A DNA stretch of 64,000 nt from Chrysomallon squamiferum (GCA_012295275.1 CM022673.1:23870001-23934000), one strand, 5' to 3'; positions 1 to 14,218 are shown, numbered from the stretch's first letter. The notes: a model not told the origin generated them from the sequence alone. Made by a program: numbers and translations.

Positions 1-1062
1 AATCTGATAATAACGTATCATATATATATAAAATGAGTCAAGGAAAATCCCCACTGCAACGAAATCCCGAGAATGTGATCGTAGTGTGTCCCTATAAATA
101 GAAATGCAGGAAATTTGTCGTCTGCTCGCTGATGGTTGGCCGACAGGCGTTCAGCTGCAAACAGCCATTACTGAGCTGGTTCAGTAAAAAAAAAAAACGT
201 GATATTTTCTCCGCTAATAGGGGAAATGAGTATCTGCTAATTCCGATTGTCTAATTCGCGTATGTTTTAAACTGATAATATTTTTGTTATTATTTTAACA
301 AAGTAATTTTAATAATTTTAGTTGTTTAATATGAAATATTGAAAATACTTCCAATTCTGAATATTAAAATGTTAAAACATTTTTAGTTTATAGAAGGTTT
401 TTGTCGTGATCGATAGTGGCAGTCGAGAAGGAATCGGCACGTTCACGCACACGCACTGTGACAAAATGTCGCTGCCACACGGTTGGAACGAATGAGTGGC
501 AGTATACCGCGTTATCTTTGAAATCAAATACTTTAATATTTATCTATGTTCAGAAAATCATAGTATAGCTGTGTATTTGAAACTGAATAGATACAAAAAT
601 CAATAAACATGTAAATCAATTAAAATAACACATAGAGGTATTAATAATGCAATAGTAAATATTGATTAGACTTAGTGGCAGGCCTACTAGTAGTAATTAA
701 TGTAGTAGTTGTAACAGTTGCTTTCGTAGGAGAATCAAAATTTCTGTTGTTGTCTTTTTCTTAGTGATAGTAATAATCATAACAGAAGTAGAAAAAACTC
801 TTAGGTTAATTCCTTACAACAGCTCTAGTGATAACAGCAACGACGACATACTCTTGTGATTTTGAAACAATATAATTATTATTGACTTGTAAACAAAACA
901 CTATAAACTATTCCAGTTTTATCAACATGCAAGCATTCGCCCATTATAATGGAGATTTTCAAGAATAACTTAACAACAAGGAAGATATTTATTTGACTCA
1001 AGTTCTTATGCAACAGTATTAAATTATGTTCATCATTAAAATATTACCAAAATTGTCAACAA

Positions 1063-1139
1063 CTGTTTTTCAGTTTGTCTATCACAGTGGCATAACTGTA
1101 CATAATTATTATTCTTCATATTCTGTGATCAAACTAATA

Positions 1140-1176
<37 letters not shown>

Positions 1177-1239
1177 TGATCACAGAATATGAAGAATAAT
1201 AATTATGTACAGTTATGCCATTGTGACAAACTCAAAAAC

Positions 1240-1286
<47 letters not shown>

Positions 1287-1372
1287 TAATTAACAATAAT
1301 AAAATGATCACAGAATATGAAGAATAATAATTATGTACAGTAATGCCATTGTGACAGACAAACTCTAAAACA
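1063..1372. repeat. Foldback: ~65-bp unit present once in one orientation (1063-1130) and twice inverted (1176-1240, 1303-1372), separated by (AAT)n
   Basis: ggcataactgtacataattattattcttcatattctgtgatca at ~1089-1130 is the reverse complement of tgatcacagaatatgaagaataataattatgtacagttatgcc at ~1177; a near-identical copy follows at ~1304. Confidence 0.85.
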
Positions 1373-1539
1373 TAATCTAAACACGCGATATACAGTACGG
1401 CCTATTAATACTTTGTAAAATAGGTTGCAGGGTACTTAGCAACAGTCAAGTGTATCTTAATTTCAATCTGGACAAAGCTCAGCACGCCATTTTATTGTCA
1501 TTGTCACAACTGGTAGACTGTATACTTATTTATACTTAT

Positions 1540-2000
1540 TTATTTATGTATGTTTGTATGCATGTATGTATGTACGTATGTATGTAAGTATGTGTGTTTT
1601 GTGTATGTGAGTATGTATGTATATGTGAATGTGTTTATATATGTATGTATGTATGCATTTGTGTATGTATGTGTATATGTATGTATGCATGTTTGTATGT
1701 ATGTGTATATGTATGTATGCATGTGTGTCTGTGAGTATGTGTGTATGTATTTATGTATATATGCATGTATGTATCTATATCTGTATGTGTTTATGTATGT
1801 ATGTATGTGTGTATATGTATATATATATGCGTGCATGTGTGTATGTATGTATGTATATGTATTTATGTGTGTATGTGTATTTGCATGCATGTATATGTGT
1901 ATGAATGTATATATACATATATATGTATATGTATGTATTTGTATATACGTATGCATATGTATATGTATGCATATGTATACAAAAATATGTTTATATGTAA
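1540..2000. repeat. Degenerate (TATG)/(TG)/(TA) compound microsatellite
   Basis: Seen directly; explains the overlapping low-complexity YV/CM/HT ORFs. Confidence 0.95.
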
Positions 2001-2065
2001 ATTATATAACTGTATGCTGATTTAATGATATTTACAAAATAAACAGACAAAATAAACAGAGAAAT

Positions 2066-2067
<2 letters not shown>

Positions 2068-2131
<64 letters not shown>
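2068..2131. repeat. (AG)n microsatellite (second tract at ~2498-2540)
   Basis: Seen directly. Confidence 0.95.
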
Positions 2132-2133
<2 letters not shown>

Positions 2134-2494
2134 TTAAAAGATAATTAAAAAATACAGTGGAAGTAAACTTACAAACTGCGAGGTGCGTTCAGCAGAGCTG
2201 TCAGTGTGGAGTGTGTGGCTAGAGGTTCCTACTAACACAGTTATTATCTTTATTGAGAGCAGTGTCACAAAACTTCATTTCTCAGGGAACGCTAGTTTTC
2301 CCAGAACACGACTAGAAATAGCTTCGCTGTATTTCCAGAACGTCACGGCTTTTCTCGATATTGGGGCTTTCCCGTTAGCGATGACCTTTCACCTTCTGAC
2401 ATACATAGCGATAAACAAATCTTAGAACAAAGACAAAGACTATTTCTGATTCGTGAGAGTGAGAGCGAGTGAGTGTGTATGAGAGAGAAAAAAA

Positions 2495-2543
<49 letters not shown>

Positions 2544-2908
2544 AGCCTGCATATTATCAAAGCTTGTGACTGTATTTGAGCATTCGTCAGAGATGAAGGC
2601 AGATTTGTGGAAGAAACGTCAACACATTACACGGAATTATGGTTAAAAAAAAAAAAGAGAAAAAAAGATTCATTTATATTATTATTATTATTACAGATGT
2701 ATATAGTTATAATACAACTGAATACACAGTAGTGTAAAGACATGCGTAAACTGTCGTATTACAGTTTAATACAGTATGGTGTACAGACCCGTATAAACAG
2801 TTACATAACTGCAATGTACAGATGTATGTAAACCGAATAGTTATATTAGTCAGGTCACAAATATAATTTACGTTTTCTTTCATTAATTTATTTTGATCAC
2901 GCAAGACA

Positions 2909-5900
2909 GAAATGACGTCTGACAGGATGTGGGTCACTGCGATGTTATTACATGCAACAAAAGCGGACGATTTCCTGCTTTTTTTTTTTTTTTTTTTCAC
3001 CTTAGAGCAGATGAATAAATGTTTTATTTTTATCCTGCTTAAAAATACCCGACTTCCCATATTAATGTGGTTCTAAGTATTTTACTTTCACTATCTCACT
3101 TTATTTTTTTTTAAGATTTAAAAGGTAACAGAAGAATATATATTTTTTTTATATGCCTGCTGCCAATTTTAATTTGAATGAATTACTCAGTAGATATAGC
3201 ATCACTTTATTTTTTTCCACTGTTGTCTTCTTTATTCTTTGTGTATCTGATATTAGGCGAATTTGAAATCTCTGCTCACATTTGTTTTTATTTAAAATTT
3301 AAAATGTCTTCCTCTAACAGAAGTATTCATGATGCGTCTGTTGTCTTCACAAAAAACCTTTGCTTAATATTATTTTATTTTATTAGAAATTAGGAGTGTG
3401 TTGTATATGATCACAAAATACTTTTATTTTTATATATTTTTTTATTTATTTTATTAGAAGTTAAGAATGCATGTCTATATTCTCAACATCTTATTTTTTT
3501 TCACCTGATTTGGTGTATGACTACTAAACTTTGCAATGACACTCTTAATTATTATTAGCAGTACAGAAACAACAAACACAGCAATTATTTACAACATTGA
3601 AAACACATTTTTAATATTTATAAACAAAAGAAAACACTTATTATCATCAGTATGTATGAAAATATTAAAAATATTTTATATATTTCAACACATTCATTTT
3701 ACAGACAGACAGGAAATGTTCTTTTTTCATACAAAAATTATCAAGTCACTTTTGGATAAAATAAACATATTCTTTGGGCTAATATATCCACTGCTCTCCA
3801 CCTCTCTCTCTCAATGACACACTCAGTGAGCACAAGCTGGTTACAACTTGCTCTGTGTTGTTCTCAGTTCCACTATGACCTTGCCCTTGTTCTGTTTTGA
3901 ATACAAATACTGAAATAAAAAACAAAAGGATGAGACACATATTTGTAAATAACAAAATTAACAAACCCTATTTCATAAACACAAGTGATGCTAGATAGAC
4001 AAAAATGTGGCATGAAATTAGTGTGAGTGGCCTGATGTTGAAAATTTGTTTTCAGTTAAAGCAGAGTCCAGTGAGATTAGATCAGTGACAAACTGAAAAC
4101 ATCAGTTCAGTACCTGGTTTATAGTGATTGTGCAGACAACAGGTAGACAATAAGCATTTTCAAGATCTACATGGGGAAGAAAAAAGAGCAACAAAACATG
4201 AAAAAGAAAAGAAAGAAAAAGAATAAATTAAGAGTAAATATGAGTAACTCACCTCAACAGCAGTCTGGATTTTCTCCAGCCCAATAAAAGGTCCATTTAC
4301 AGAGTTTTCTCCCATATCAACACTAACTTTAAGTTTGCCATCCAGGAAAAACTGTACCAGTTTATTGAGGGCAGGTTCAGCATCAGCCCAGAAGTGCTTT
4401 AGAAAGAAACCTCTGACACTTGCTGACTTAGTAAGTAGCTGAAAGAAAAACTGCATTCTGTAAGTTGAACAAAAAGAAGAAAAATAAAATGCATTTTTCA
4501 CAGATGTGTATTTGTATTTATTATGTTGACAATTTGAGTCTTGTCTGTTGTTGCCTTTATTAGGTATGTTGTGACATCAAAACCAACATGTTGAAGTAGG
4601 TTCAGAAAAGTTACAAAATAAATTATTTATGAATTTATAAATTATTATTGCTAACTGAACTACGTTATTTTGGGTCTACTCAGTTACATCATAAACTTCA
4701 GTTTGATATCTATCTCACTTCTGAAGTGTGTATTTTTACAAATATTTACCTAATTCTGTATTGGTAACTGCTGAACATTTCTGCCATGTGATACTTTTAG
4801 TTTGCAAATAAATATTTGAAATGACGTCTGACGGGATGTGGGTCACTGCGATGTTATTACATGTAACAAAAGCTGACGATTTCCTGCTTTTTTTTTTTTT
4901 TTTCACCTTAGTGCAGATGAATAAATGTTTTATTTTTATCCTGTTTAAAAAGACCCGACTTCCCATATTAATGTGGTTCTAAGTATTTTACTTTCACTAT
5001 CTCACTTTATTTTTTTTTAAGATTTAAAGGGTAACAGAAGAATATGTATTTTTTATATACCTGCTGCCAATTTTAATTTGAATGAATTACTCAGTAGATA
5101 TAGCATCACTTTATTTTTTTCCACTGTTGTCTTCTTTATTCTTTGTGTATCTGATATTAGGCGAATTTGAAATCTCTGATCACATTTGTTTTTATTTAAA
5201 ATTTAAAATGTCTTCCTACTAACAGAAGTATTCATGATGCGTCTGTTGTCTTCACAAAAAAACCTTTGCTTAATATTATTTTATTTTATTAGAAATTAGG
5301 AGTGTGTTGTATATGATCACAAAATACTTTTATTTTTATATATTTTTTTATTTATTTTATTAGAAGTTAAGAATGCATGTCTATATTCTCAACATCTTTT
5401 TTTTTTTACCTGATTTGGTGTATGACTACTAAACTTTGCAATGACACTCTTAATTATTATTAGCAGTACAGAAACACAACAAACACAGCAATTATTTACA
5501 ACATTGAAAACACATTTTTAATATTTATAAACAAAAGAAAACACTGCTTATCATCAGTATGTATGAACATATTAAAAATATTTTATATATTTCAACACAT
5601 TCATTTTACAGACAGACAGGAAATGTTCTTTTTTCATACAAAAATTATCAAGTCACTTTTGGATAAAATAAACATATTCTTTGGGCTAATATATCCACTG
5701 CTCTCCGCCTCTCTCTCTCAATGACACACTCAGTGAGCACAAGCTGGTTACAACTTGCTCTGTGTTGTTCTCAGTTCCACTATGACCTTGCCCTTGTTCT
5801 GTTTTGAATACAAATACTGAAATATAAAAAACAAAAGGATCAGACACATATTTGTAAATAACAAAATTAACAAACCCTATTTCATAAACACAAGTGATGC

Positions 5901-6724
5901 TAGATAGACAAAAATGTGGCATGAAATTAGTGTGAGTGGCCTGATGTTGAAAATTTGTTTTCAGTTAAAGCAGAGTCCAGTGAGATTAGATCAGTGACAA
6001 ACTGAAAACATCAGTTCAGTACTTGGTTTATAGTGATTGTGCAGACAACAGGTAGACAATAAGCATTTTCAAGATCTACATGGGGAAGAAAAAAGAGCAA
6101 CAAAACATGAAAAAGAAAAGAAAGAAAAAGAATAAATTAAGAGTAAATATGAGTAACTCACCTCAACAGCGGTCTGGATTTTCTCCAGCCCAATAAAAGG
6201 TCCATTTGCAGAGTTTTCTCCCATATCAACACTAACTTTAAGTTTGCCATCCAGGAAAAACTGTACCAGTTTATTGAGGGCAGGTTCAGCATCAGCCCAG
6301 AAGTGCTTTAGAAAGAAACCTCTGACACTTGCTGACTTAGTAAGTAGCTGAAAGAAAAACTGCATTCTGTAAGTTGAACAAAAAGAAGAAAAATAAAATG
6401 CATTTTTCACAGATGTGTATTTGTATTTATTATGTTGACAATCTGAGTCTTGTCTGTTGTTGCCTTTATTAGGTATGTTGTGACATCAAAACCAACATGT
6501 TGAAGTAGGTTCAGAAAAGTTACAAAATAAATTATTTATGTTTGTAACTGCTAACTGAACTACGTTATTTTGGGTCTACTCAGTTACATCATACACTTCA
6601 GTTTGATATCTATCTCACTTCTGAAGTGTGTATTTTTACAAGTATTTACCTAATTCTCTATTGGTAACTGCTGAACATTTCTATCATGTGACACTTTTAG
6701 TTTGCAAATAAATATTTGAAATGA
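2909..6724. repeat. Tandem segmental duplication, ~1.9-kb unit (2909-4817 and 4818-6724), containing the last two PTGR3 exons and 3' flank
   Basis: The copies align throughout at an offset of ~1900-1909 with scattered substitutions and small indels; GAAATGA occurs at 2909, 4818 and 6718. Confidence 0.92.
3841..4438 (-). CDS. PTGR3: Duplicate copy of PTGR3 terminal exons 11' (4253-4438) and 12' (3841-3909); intact frame and splice sites, possible alternative 3' end
   Basis: [12 protein letters not shown]...GENSVNG...TAVE followed by [22 protein letters not shown]; GT/AG intact; one amino-acid difference (A->V) from the upstream copy. Confidence 0.6.
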
Positions 6725-9700
6725 AACCCAGACACTTTATATATCATTTTGCCTATTTAACAAAGTATGATAAAGAGACAGATGTACATAATAAACAAGA
6801 ATGACATCAGACATTTTCTCTACTTCTTTACACAGATTAAAATTCTGACTGATTTAAAAAATATGTTAAATTTGCAGTTTAATCAGACAGATCTATTTTA
6901 AATTAATATTTTTAAAATTCTATTTGTCAAGTGACTAAAACTGAGAAGTAGAGAGAAACAAAAATGTTCAAATAGACAGTAAAACCTTTGGTATGGTTGC
7001 AGTCTGTGATGGCTTGAAACCAGTTTCACTCTCATAGCCTGAGATAAAACCAATAACAATTAATCTTCCCTTAACCGCAAGACTGAAAATATAAACAATA
7101 ATATTTTTTTCCATTTATACATAATACTTAAATTAGGTACGGTTTCAGTTTAGAGTTATCGTTCTGTTTTTAACATCAGAAAACCAAGTATAAATATTTC
7201 ACATTAATATGTCATACAACAAGTATACAAATAAATAATCAATTGAAAAGTGCCACTGAAATAGAAGTCTCCATTGTGACATTAAAAAGGGTTTTCAGTA
7301 ATTAATTTCCTGGAATGTTGACCATGAAATTTAAGAGACAACAGTGTTCATGCACATGTATGTGAGTGAATGTGTGTGTGTATGATGAACTTATAATGTA
7401 AGACTCTTACTTATTAACACAGATGTCAAACATTTCACCCCCAACTGATTCATACACAACATCAACCCCATTCTGTAACAAGAAAATACAACAATTACAG
7501 ATTAACAAATGTGTGTATGTGCTTGCATACTCTGTAACACATTATTTAAACAATAACTCAACAAACTGTAAGGTTACTATGTAACACATTATTTAAACAA
7601 TAACTCAACAAACTGTAAGGTTACTATGTAACACATTATTTTAACAATAACTCAACAAACTGTAATGTTACTATTAACACATTGTCTTAACAATAACTCA
7701 ACACACTGTAATGTTACTATTAACACATTATTTAAACAATAACTCAACAAACTGTAAGGTTACTATATAACACATTACTTAAACACTGACTCAACGAACT
7801 AAGGTTACTATGTAACACACTTAAACAATAACTCAACAAACTGTAATGTTGCTATGTAACACATTATTTAAACAATAACTCAACAGACTGTAATGTTACT
7901 ATGTAATGCATTATTTAAACAATAAATCAACAAGGTGTAATGTTACTAATACATGATGAAATGCGAGAGAAGAAAGACACAGTTAAAACACAGTGTTACA
8001 GAGTGAACAGTTACAACACATCTTGAAGTTAATAAAGTGAAAAAAGAGAAAGGAGTTTTGTGTACTGCTGTTTTGGTTGGACTGAAGTAAGAACTGATCC
8101 CAGTTTAAGATTTGCTGTTTGAAAACCACTCACCGGGTACTCTGATGTGAGAACATCTTTCAAACTTTCTCTGTTGTAATTCACTGGACGGTCACAGCCA
8201 ATTGACTGAAAGCACACAACAATGAAGTCTACATGATAAATTGCACAGACCAGAAAAAACAATGATTTCAGCAAAATGAAAAGACGGTTGTCATAACTGG
8301 TTTTGTTATTTCATTGTTAATTTAAAATGTTTAAAAAATCTGAGACAGAGGCTGACACAGAGAGAGAGAGAGACGGAGAAAGATACAGAAAGACAACATA
8401 CACAGAGAGAGTGAGAGATAGCCAGACAGACAGACAGGGACACCAACCAGTCCTTGAGATAATTTTACTAGTTAGCAGTAATAAAGTTTTCTCTCAACTG
8501 TGGCCCAAGATAAAATAGTTATGAAGCAATGGCTAGATAAATGCTTTGGAGACTTTATTCTCCATTTTATCTCTTGCTCTAATCACTAAATGACAAGCAT
8601 GCTTAGAAAGATAAAAAGAAAAAATGAATAAATGATTGAAAGATACACTGAGTTGTACCTTTAAAAAACTGACTTTGTCATCAGATGAACATGTTCCAAT
8701 GACATGACATCCAGCAAGTTTAGCAATCTGAACCTAAAAAACAAAACCTGTCACATCACAAGAAATAACACTGTGTATTTGAAAAAACTGTAACCCCACC
8801 TCCTACACAGAATAATGTAGATTCAAATAATAACTATATGATGTGAAACATTAATGATATTGATTTTTATCGTGTGCAGATTACAATTAAATTTAATGTT
8901 TAATGTCAGTGCATCTCTTTAAAATAAAAATGTAACTGTTCTTATGTATTTCAACATCACTCTTGATTATAAACACACACACATACACACAGGTTGTAGA
9001 AAGACAGACAAAAAGATAAACAGCAAAACAGACAGACTTAATGACAGACAGACAGACAGACAGACAGACAGAAAGACAAATATCACTAACTGCAAACTGT
9101 CCTGTCCCACCAGCAGCAGCTGAAAAACAATTTTTTTTATTTTACATTTTTACTATTACATCATCAAAAAAATAATAAAATAAAAAAATACCGTATATAC
9201 TTGTGTATAAGAATTTTTGGGAGACTATATTAAAGTAATATTTTGGGGGTCGACTTATATATAGGTAATGCTTTTGTAGCTGTTGCTGAAGAGGTGCCAT
9301 TTTGACTATTTTTTGCATCTAAAATTATCGCGGTCTTTCAGCTTTTCAAAAATATAATTTTATCGTATAAAAAATTTTGAAAAATTAAATAACAAAACCA
9401 AATATGAATGTAAAACATGATATTCTTCCATTTAATGACATAAAAATACATTTTAAAGCAAGAAAAACGTCAGTACGGCGTTATGCTTTACGGCGTCTTG
9501 CATGATCTAGGAATGCAGACTTCTCTGGCAAATTGCACTAAATATCGGTCCTAATTTCATAAACAAAACTCACTTGTGTAATTGTAAAGAATTTGGTGAA
9601 ATAATTTTGCAATCATCATTAATATCCACTACCGACAAATTTTGTAAATCATAGAACGGCTAAATATAACGGTAAGTTAGGTCTCCATGTTAGACCTATT

Positions 9701-10108
9701 ACATTAAAGAGATACTATTTATAATACATTTAGGCTATAGCTTGTGTAATACATGCATTTACGTTATTATGGTATGTTCGTGCAAGTTACAGCTCGTGCA
9801 AGTTATGTTACAGTAGGCGTACAATGTAGGCCTTCATGGCACTGTCACACTGGTCTAAAAATAGTGACGGTGCCTGGAATCTACAGTCGACTTATACACA
9901 AGTAATACCTAAAATGCTGCAATTTTTGGTCTTAAAATACACATCGACTTATACATAATGTCGCCTTGTACACAAGTATATACGGTAAATCATTACTGAA
10001 AACATACAAAAAAATAACAGTGAAATAAGAATATACAGAGCAGGTAAAATTTAAGAAATCAATGCATTTTAAAAGTGAGTTTTCTGAGAATCTTGATAAT
10101 GAATTACA

Positions 10109-10151
<43 letters not shown>

Positions 10152-12179
10152 AAACAGGAAACAGGCAAAATGAATGCAGTGGTAAGTTTTGAGCCAGTAT
10201 CATGTCATACCAGTGTATGTAGTTGTATTTTTTGCCTTTAAATTATTTTTTGTGAGAAACTACAAACCTGTAACAAGAACATTTTCTCCTTTCTTGATTT
10301 CACCTACCTGAAAAAATACCAAAAAGATAATAATATATACATCGAGATAGGAACACACATACACACATCCAGATATATTCATACAAACAGGATAGATTAT
10401 AATTATATAACAGACTATATTTCAACATGTTTTATTCATAATGAGATATTATAATAACAAATACAGAAATGACAGACAGACAGACATACAGACGGAGAGA
10501 CATACAGACAGACATTTACTTTTTCCAGGCTGAGTGCTGCTGTGAGGCCACTGACAGCAAAAGACAAAAATTCTGGTTTCAGTGATGGTACTGGCATTAC
10601 TAAATTGGACGGTACAACCTGTAAAATACAGTATCCACTATCAGCTGTTTAAATAAACAGATATATACTTGTAGGGTTAAGCTGACAGTTAACTGTTGAA
10701 AAACTTGAGGATACTGTAATAAATTTGGGATTCATTACAAGAAAATATTAATTATTTTTAGTTCACTTGTATTCAAACCAGAGACAAAAGGTTTTAAAAC
10801 TGGTAAGAATAGAAGATATGTTTCTGGGGAGAGGTGTGTACACATGTTACTGGGAAATGTTTATTGGTGGTTGGCCTAAAACAAAAACTGTTTTTTTTAC
10901 TCAGTTGCTTTTGACTTTAAAACAACCAGTCAAATGAGTTATTAAACACATCAAATGCTTATATTTACAATTATCAATTAAGTAATCAAAATAATGTAGT
11001 CAGTAATGAAAATAAACAAGATCTAATTAAAATAGTACAAAAGATTATTCAATTATTCAAAAAAAAAAAACTAGCACATATCTTTATTATACATTTAAAA
11101 TAACCTCAGATTTTTTCTGTCTAAATTATAATAATAAAAAAAAAAATAAAAAATAAATAAATAACATACACACACACAAATAATAACAGTATTGCTTATT
11201 ATATTTGAAGTTCACCTTATATTCTGCAAAAGCTCCAAATTTGGAGTAGATGACCGGCTGACCAATGTCCAGCGAGCAGTTTTCTCCCACTAACACAATC
11301 TCCCCCAGTCCCTGCAAAACAAATCTTTGTCAACACAATCTTCACAGTGTTTGTTCTTTTTTCCCTGCATTTGACAGTGAAAAATAATCAGATTCAAATA
11401 AATTAAACAAAATCCACTCTCTCTTCTTAAGTTAACTGTGTTTTTACATTCAGTGTCAGGAACTGTGTATTAACTCATACAATATCAGCTGTGTACTGTT
11501 TTGTGTTTAAACACACTTAAACACACTTAAACACACAGAAAGACACACACACACACACACACACAAGACTAAACAAATTACCAGAAAGTAGACGTAACTC
11601 TTTGCTAACCATAAAGTATAACAGTTCTCACCTCAAACCCAACATCATACGGAGTTTGGAGAGATGGGAAATATCGCCCAGCAGTGTAGTTGATGTCTGA
11701 TGCATTGATTCCAACAAACCTGTAACACAGAAAACATTTGTTGATGGAAATAAAGTAGAATAATTAGAAAACTGATTTAATTCGGAGTGACATATTTCTA
11801 AACAAGTTATAAACAAACCAGTTTCTGTACAACAAATTCTATATAACTTAGTGCTACATCATATTAAGCTATACAACAGAGATCTAGTGTTTTATATATA
11901 TATATATATATAAGTTATAATTGACCTGTGTTATATATCTAGTTATAAACAACCTAATATTATATATATACAATAACAGTATATATGTATGTAGATATAT
12001 ATGAGACAGAGTAGGTGTCAGTAAAACACATAAGCCATGTACCTGTTGTGAACTAGTACTTCTTTAGGTCCTGGTTGTGGAACTGATGTCTCAGTGATAC
12101 TAGTTGCTTCTCCAAAACTGGGTGTCAGTTTGGTACCAATCAGTTTTCTCATTATGTTAGGAAGTTGTCTGACAGCCAT
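5748..12179 (-). CDS. PTGR3: Prostaglandin reductase 3 / zinc-binding alcohol dehydrogenase domain-containing protein 2 (MDR superfamily), ~349 aa, 12 coding exons
   Basis: Hand-spliced exons with consistent GT-AG phases: 12043-12179, 11632-11719, 11216-11311, 10520-10618, 10268-10307, 9091-9119, 8659-8733, 8134-8205, 7411-7472, 6986-7082, 6162-6347, 5748-5816. Motifs: [88 protein letters not shown]-terminal SKL. Confidence 0.93.
7531..7950. repeat. 47-bp minisatellite, ~9 copies, in a PTGR3 intron
   Basis: Unit actgtaaggttactatgtaacacattatttaaacaataactcaacaa; copies start at 7565 and 7612 (47 bp apart). Confidence 0.9.
9191..9985. mobile_element. Non-autonomous Tc1/mariner-superfamily (pogo/Tc2-like) MITE in a PTGR3 intron
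   Basis: 21-bp TIRs CCGTATATACTTGTGTATAAG (9191-9211) and CTTGTACACAAGTATATACGG (9965-9985, 1 mismatch); TA on both sides (9189-90, 9986-87); internal TCGACTTATA repeats; no transposase ORF. Confidence 0.85.
10111..10146. repeat. (GT)n microsatellite
   Basis: Seen directly. Confidence 0.95.
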
Positions 12180-12389
12180 TTCTACATTACAGTAATACAT
12201 ACACATACAAGCTGCTGTCAGAAACAGTCATTTCTATTTTATAATAATACATGCACATACAACTGATATTAGAAATAAACATTTCTTTATTATAACAATG
12301 CAAACATATATCATTAAGCTTTTATAAATTGTTGTAAGCAAGTAAGTTGCCATACACTTACAGTTACAAACCCCTCAAAAGTCATTGCC

Positions 12390-12422
<33 letters not shown>

Positions 12423-13959
12423 AATAATATGGCACTTAAAAGATCTGAAAACTACTTTGCAATTTCTCATATTCTTCATATTAGTGATGTCACATCGAAC
12501 TGAACAGAAATGAATTTATTTGGTTAAATAATATACATGATACACGATAAATAAATAACAAATACTGAATTAACACGGTAAGGAAAATCACAAACAAAAT
12601 CGTACTTATTTCCAATGCGATCTTCAGCGCTCAGCAGTACTGCACACATATAAAACAAACCTGCATAAAGGTTAACAATTATGTATACACATAACAGCAG
12701 AACATTATCAAGAGAGATTGGCTCAGTTCCAAATCTACATTATTTATTTATTTTTATTTTTATTTATTATTTTGTTTTTTGTTATTATTTTATTTTTATT
12801 TTTATTTAGTTTTTTCTGAAGACCACAGTGGAAATAAGCTGTTGATTTTGCTTGTCATCCTCAGAATTGTTGTTGTACTTACTGTGTTTTATATACTGTA
12901 CGTGAACGCTAAATAAAAAAAAAAATAAAAGTTTTTAAACAAATACATCCCACAGTGTACTTTGAAATTAGGTACGGTTTCAGTTTAGAGTTATCGTTCT
13001 GTTTTTAACTTTGAATGATCTCCCTGTATTACTTACTATTAGCAAAGATTAAAGGTTATAGCGATCGAGACATTATGTTAACATGGCGCCTTTTGTGCTC
13101 AGTGGTACACCTCACTAAATAATAATAATAATTAAAAAAACATTACTCCTCCAAAGCGGCTGTTGTATAATCCACGAAATATACTATTTCGCTGTTACTT
13201 GAAAAATATACCCCAAAAGTGGCAAATATATAGCATTTATAGAATTTAAACATTGTCGATGTAAATATTTAGTTAGGTCCTATACTCATGTGGCAGTACA
13301 CCACACAACATGTGAAATCTCGATCTTTAGAAGTTAAAACATTTTAAAATCTATACTGAATGCGAAAATTGTTGAAGTTGTACAAATTTTGCAAATCAAA
13401 GTTGTTATTTTGAGAAAACGACCTCTACAGTTTCTTTTCATATGAACATACTTTCACTCTAAATTCGGTGTATGTTACCTCAGAAAATAAAGGGAAAATG
13501 GTTAATTATATACAAGAAATAGCCTCATTTCAGCCATATTGTATTAACAAGATATCCAATTTAATTTATTCTAAGGCATGTTTTGAGTGAAATTTGAAAT
13601 TTATACTTCCTTCTTGCTAATGTATGTTTGTATTAGTATACTGCCGGTAACTGATAATAACTGGTTATATGGTGGAATGCAACCTAAGTACATCTTGTAG
13701 TTAGTTAACAATTTTATATTGTTCTATGACCGTGTATTTTAAAACTATCTCCCCCCCCCCATAATTAATAGCCCGCATTCGTCTACGAGCACATCTCAAC
13801 ACCATATAATAAATGTTTTATCTGGACAGTATATTTAAATGTTTTAACTGAATTATTTGTTTTTTATACAAAGTACACTTGTTAATTATCTTATTTCTGT
13901 AGTAAATCAGTTAATTCCTTTACGTCTTTCATTTAGTTACAATTACTACATGCTGATAA

Positions 13960-14215
13960 GAAAAATATATAAAATTAGTGTTTGTATTAGCTTGTTGTAA
14001 AAAATGTACAAGTTAGTGTCTATCAGTTTGTAGTTGTAAAAAAGTATACAAGTTAGTGCTTGTATCAAGTTTGTAATTGTAATTAAATATAGAAGTTAAT
14101 GTTTGTATCAGTTTGTATTTGTAAGAAAAATATACAAGATAGTGTTAGTTATCAGATCGTATTTGTAAGGAAAGTATACAAGTTAGTGTTTGCATCAGTT
14201 TGTAGTTGTAAGAAA
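13960..14215. repeat. ~38-40-bp minisatellite (tatacaagttagtgtttgtatcagtttgtagttgtaa...), resuming at ~15676-15755 after an insertion, with an inverted copy at ~15845-15880
   Basis: The same unit is seen on both sides of 14219-15670. Confidence 0.8.
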
Positions 14216-14218
14216 GGT

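Noticed and set aside
1540-2025. Five overlapping ORFs of 65-156 aa
   Set aside because: Translations of a TATG/TG microsatellite; no coding signal
2170-2430. GC-richer island between AG tracts with a minus-strand GTAAGT donor near 2170 and an 80-aa plus-strand ORF
   Set aside because: No recognisable protein; could be a non-coding first exon of a gene to the left, but this cannot be supported
13010-13720. Possible transposon or promoter sequence upstream of PTGR3; similarly 1-560
   Set aside because: No terminal repeats, ORF or motif that I could verify by eye
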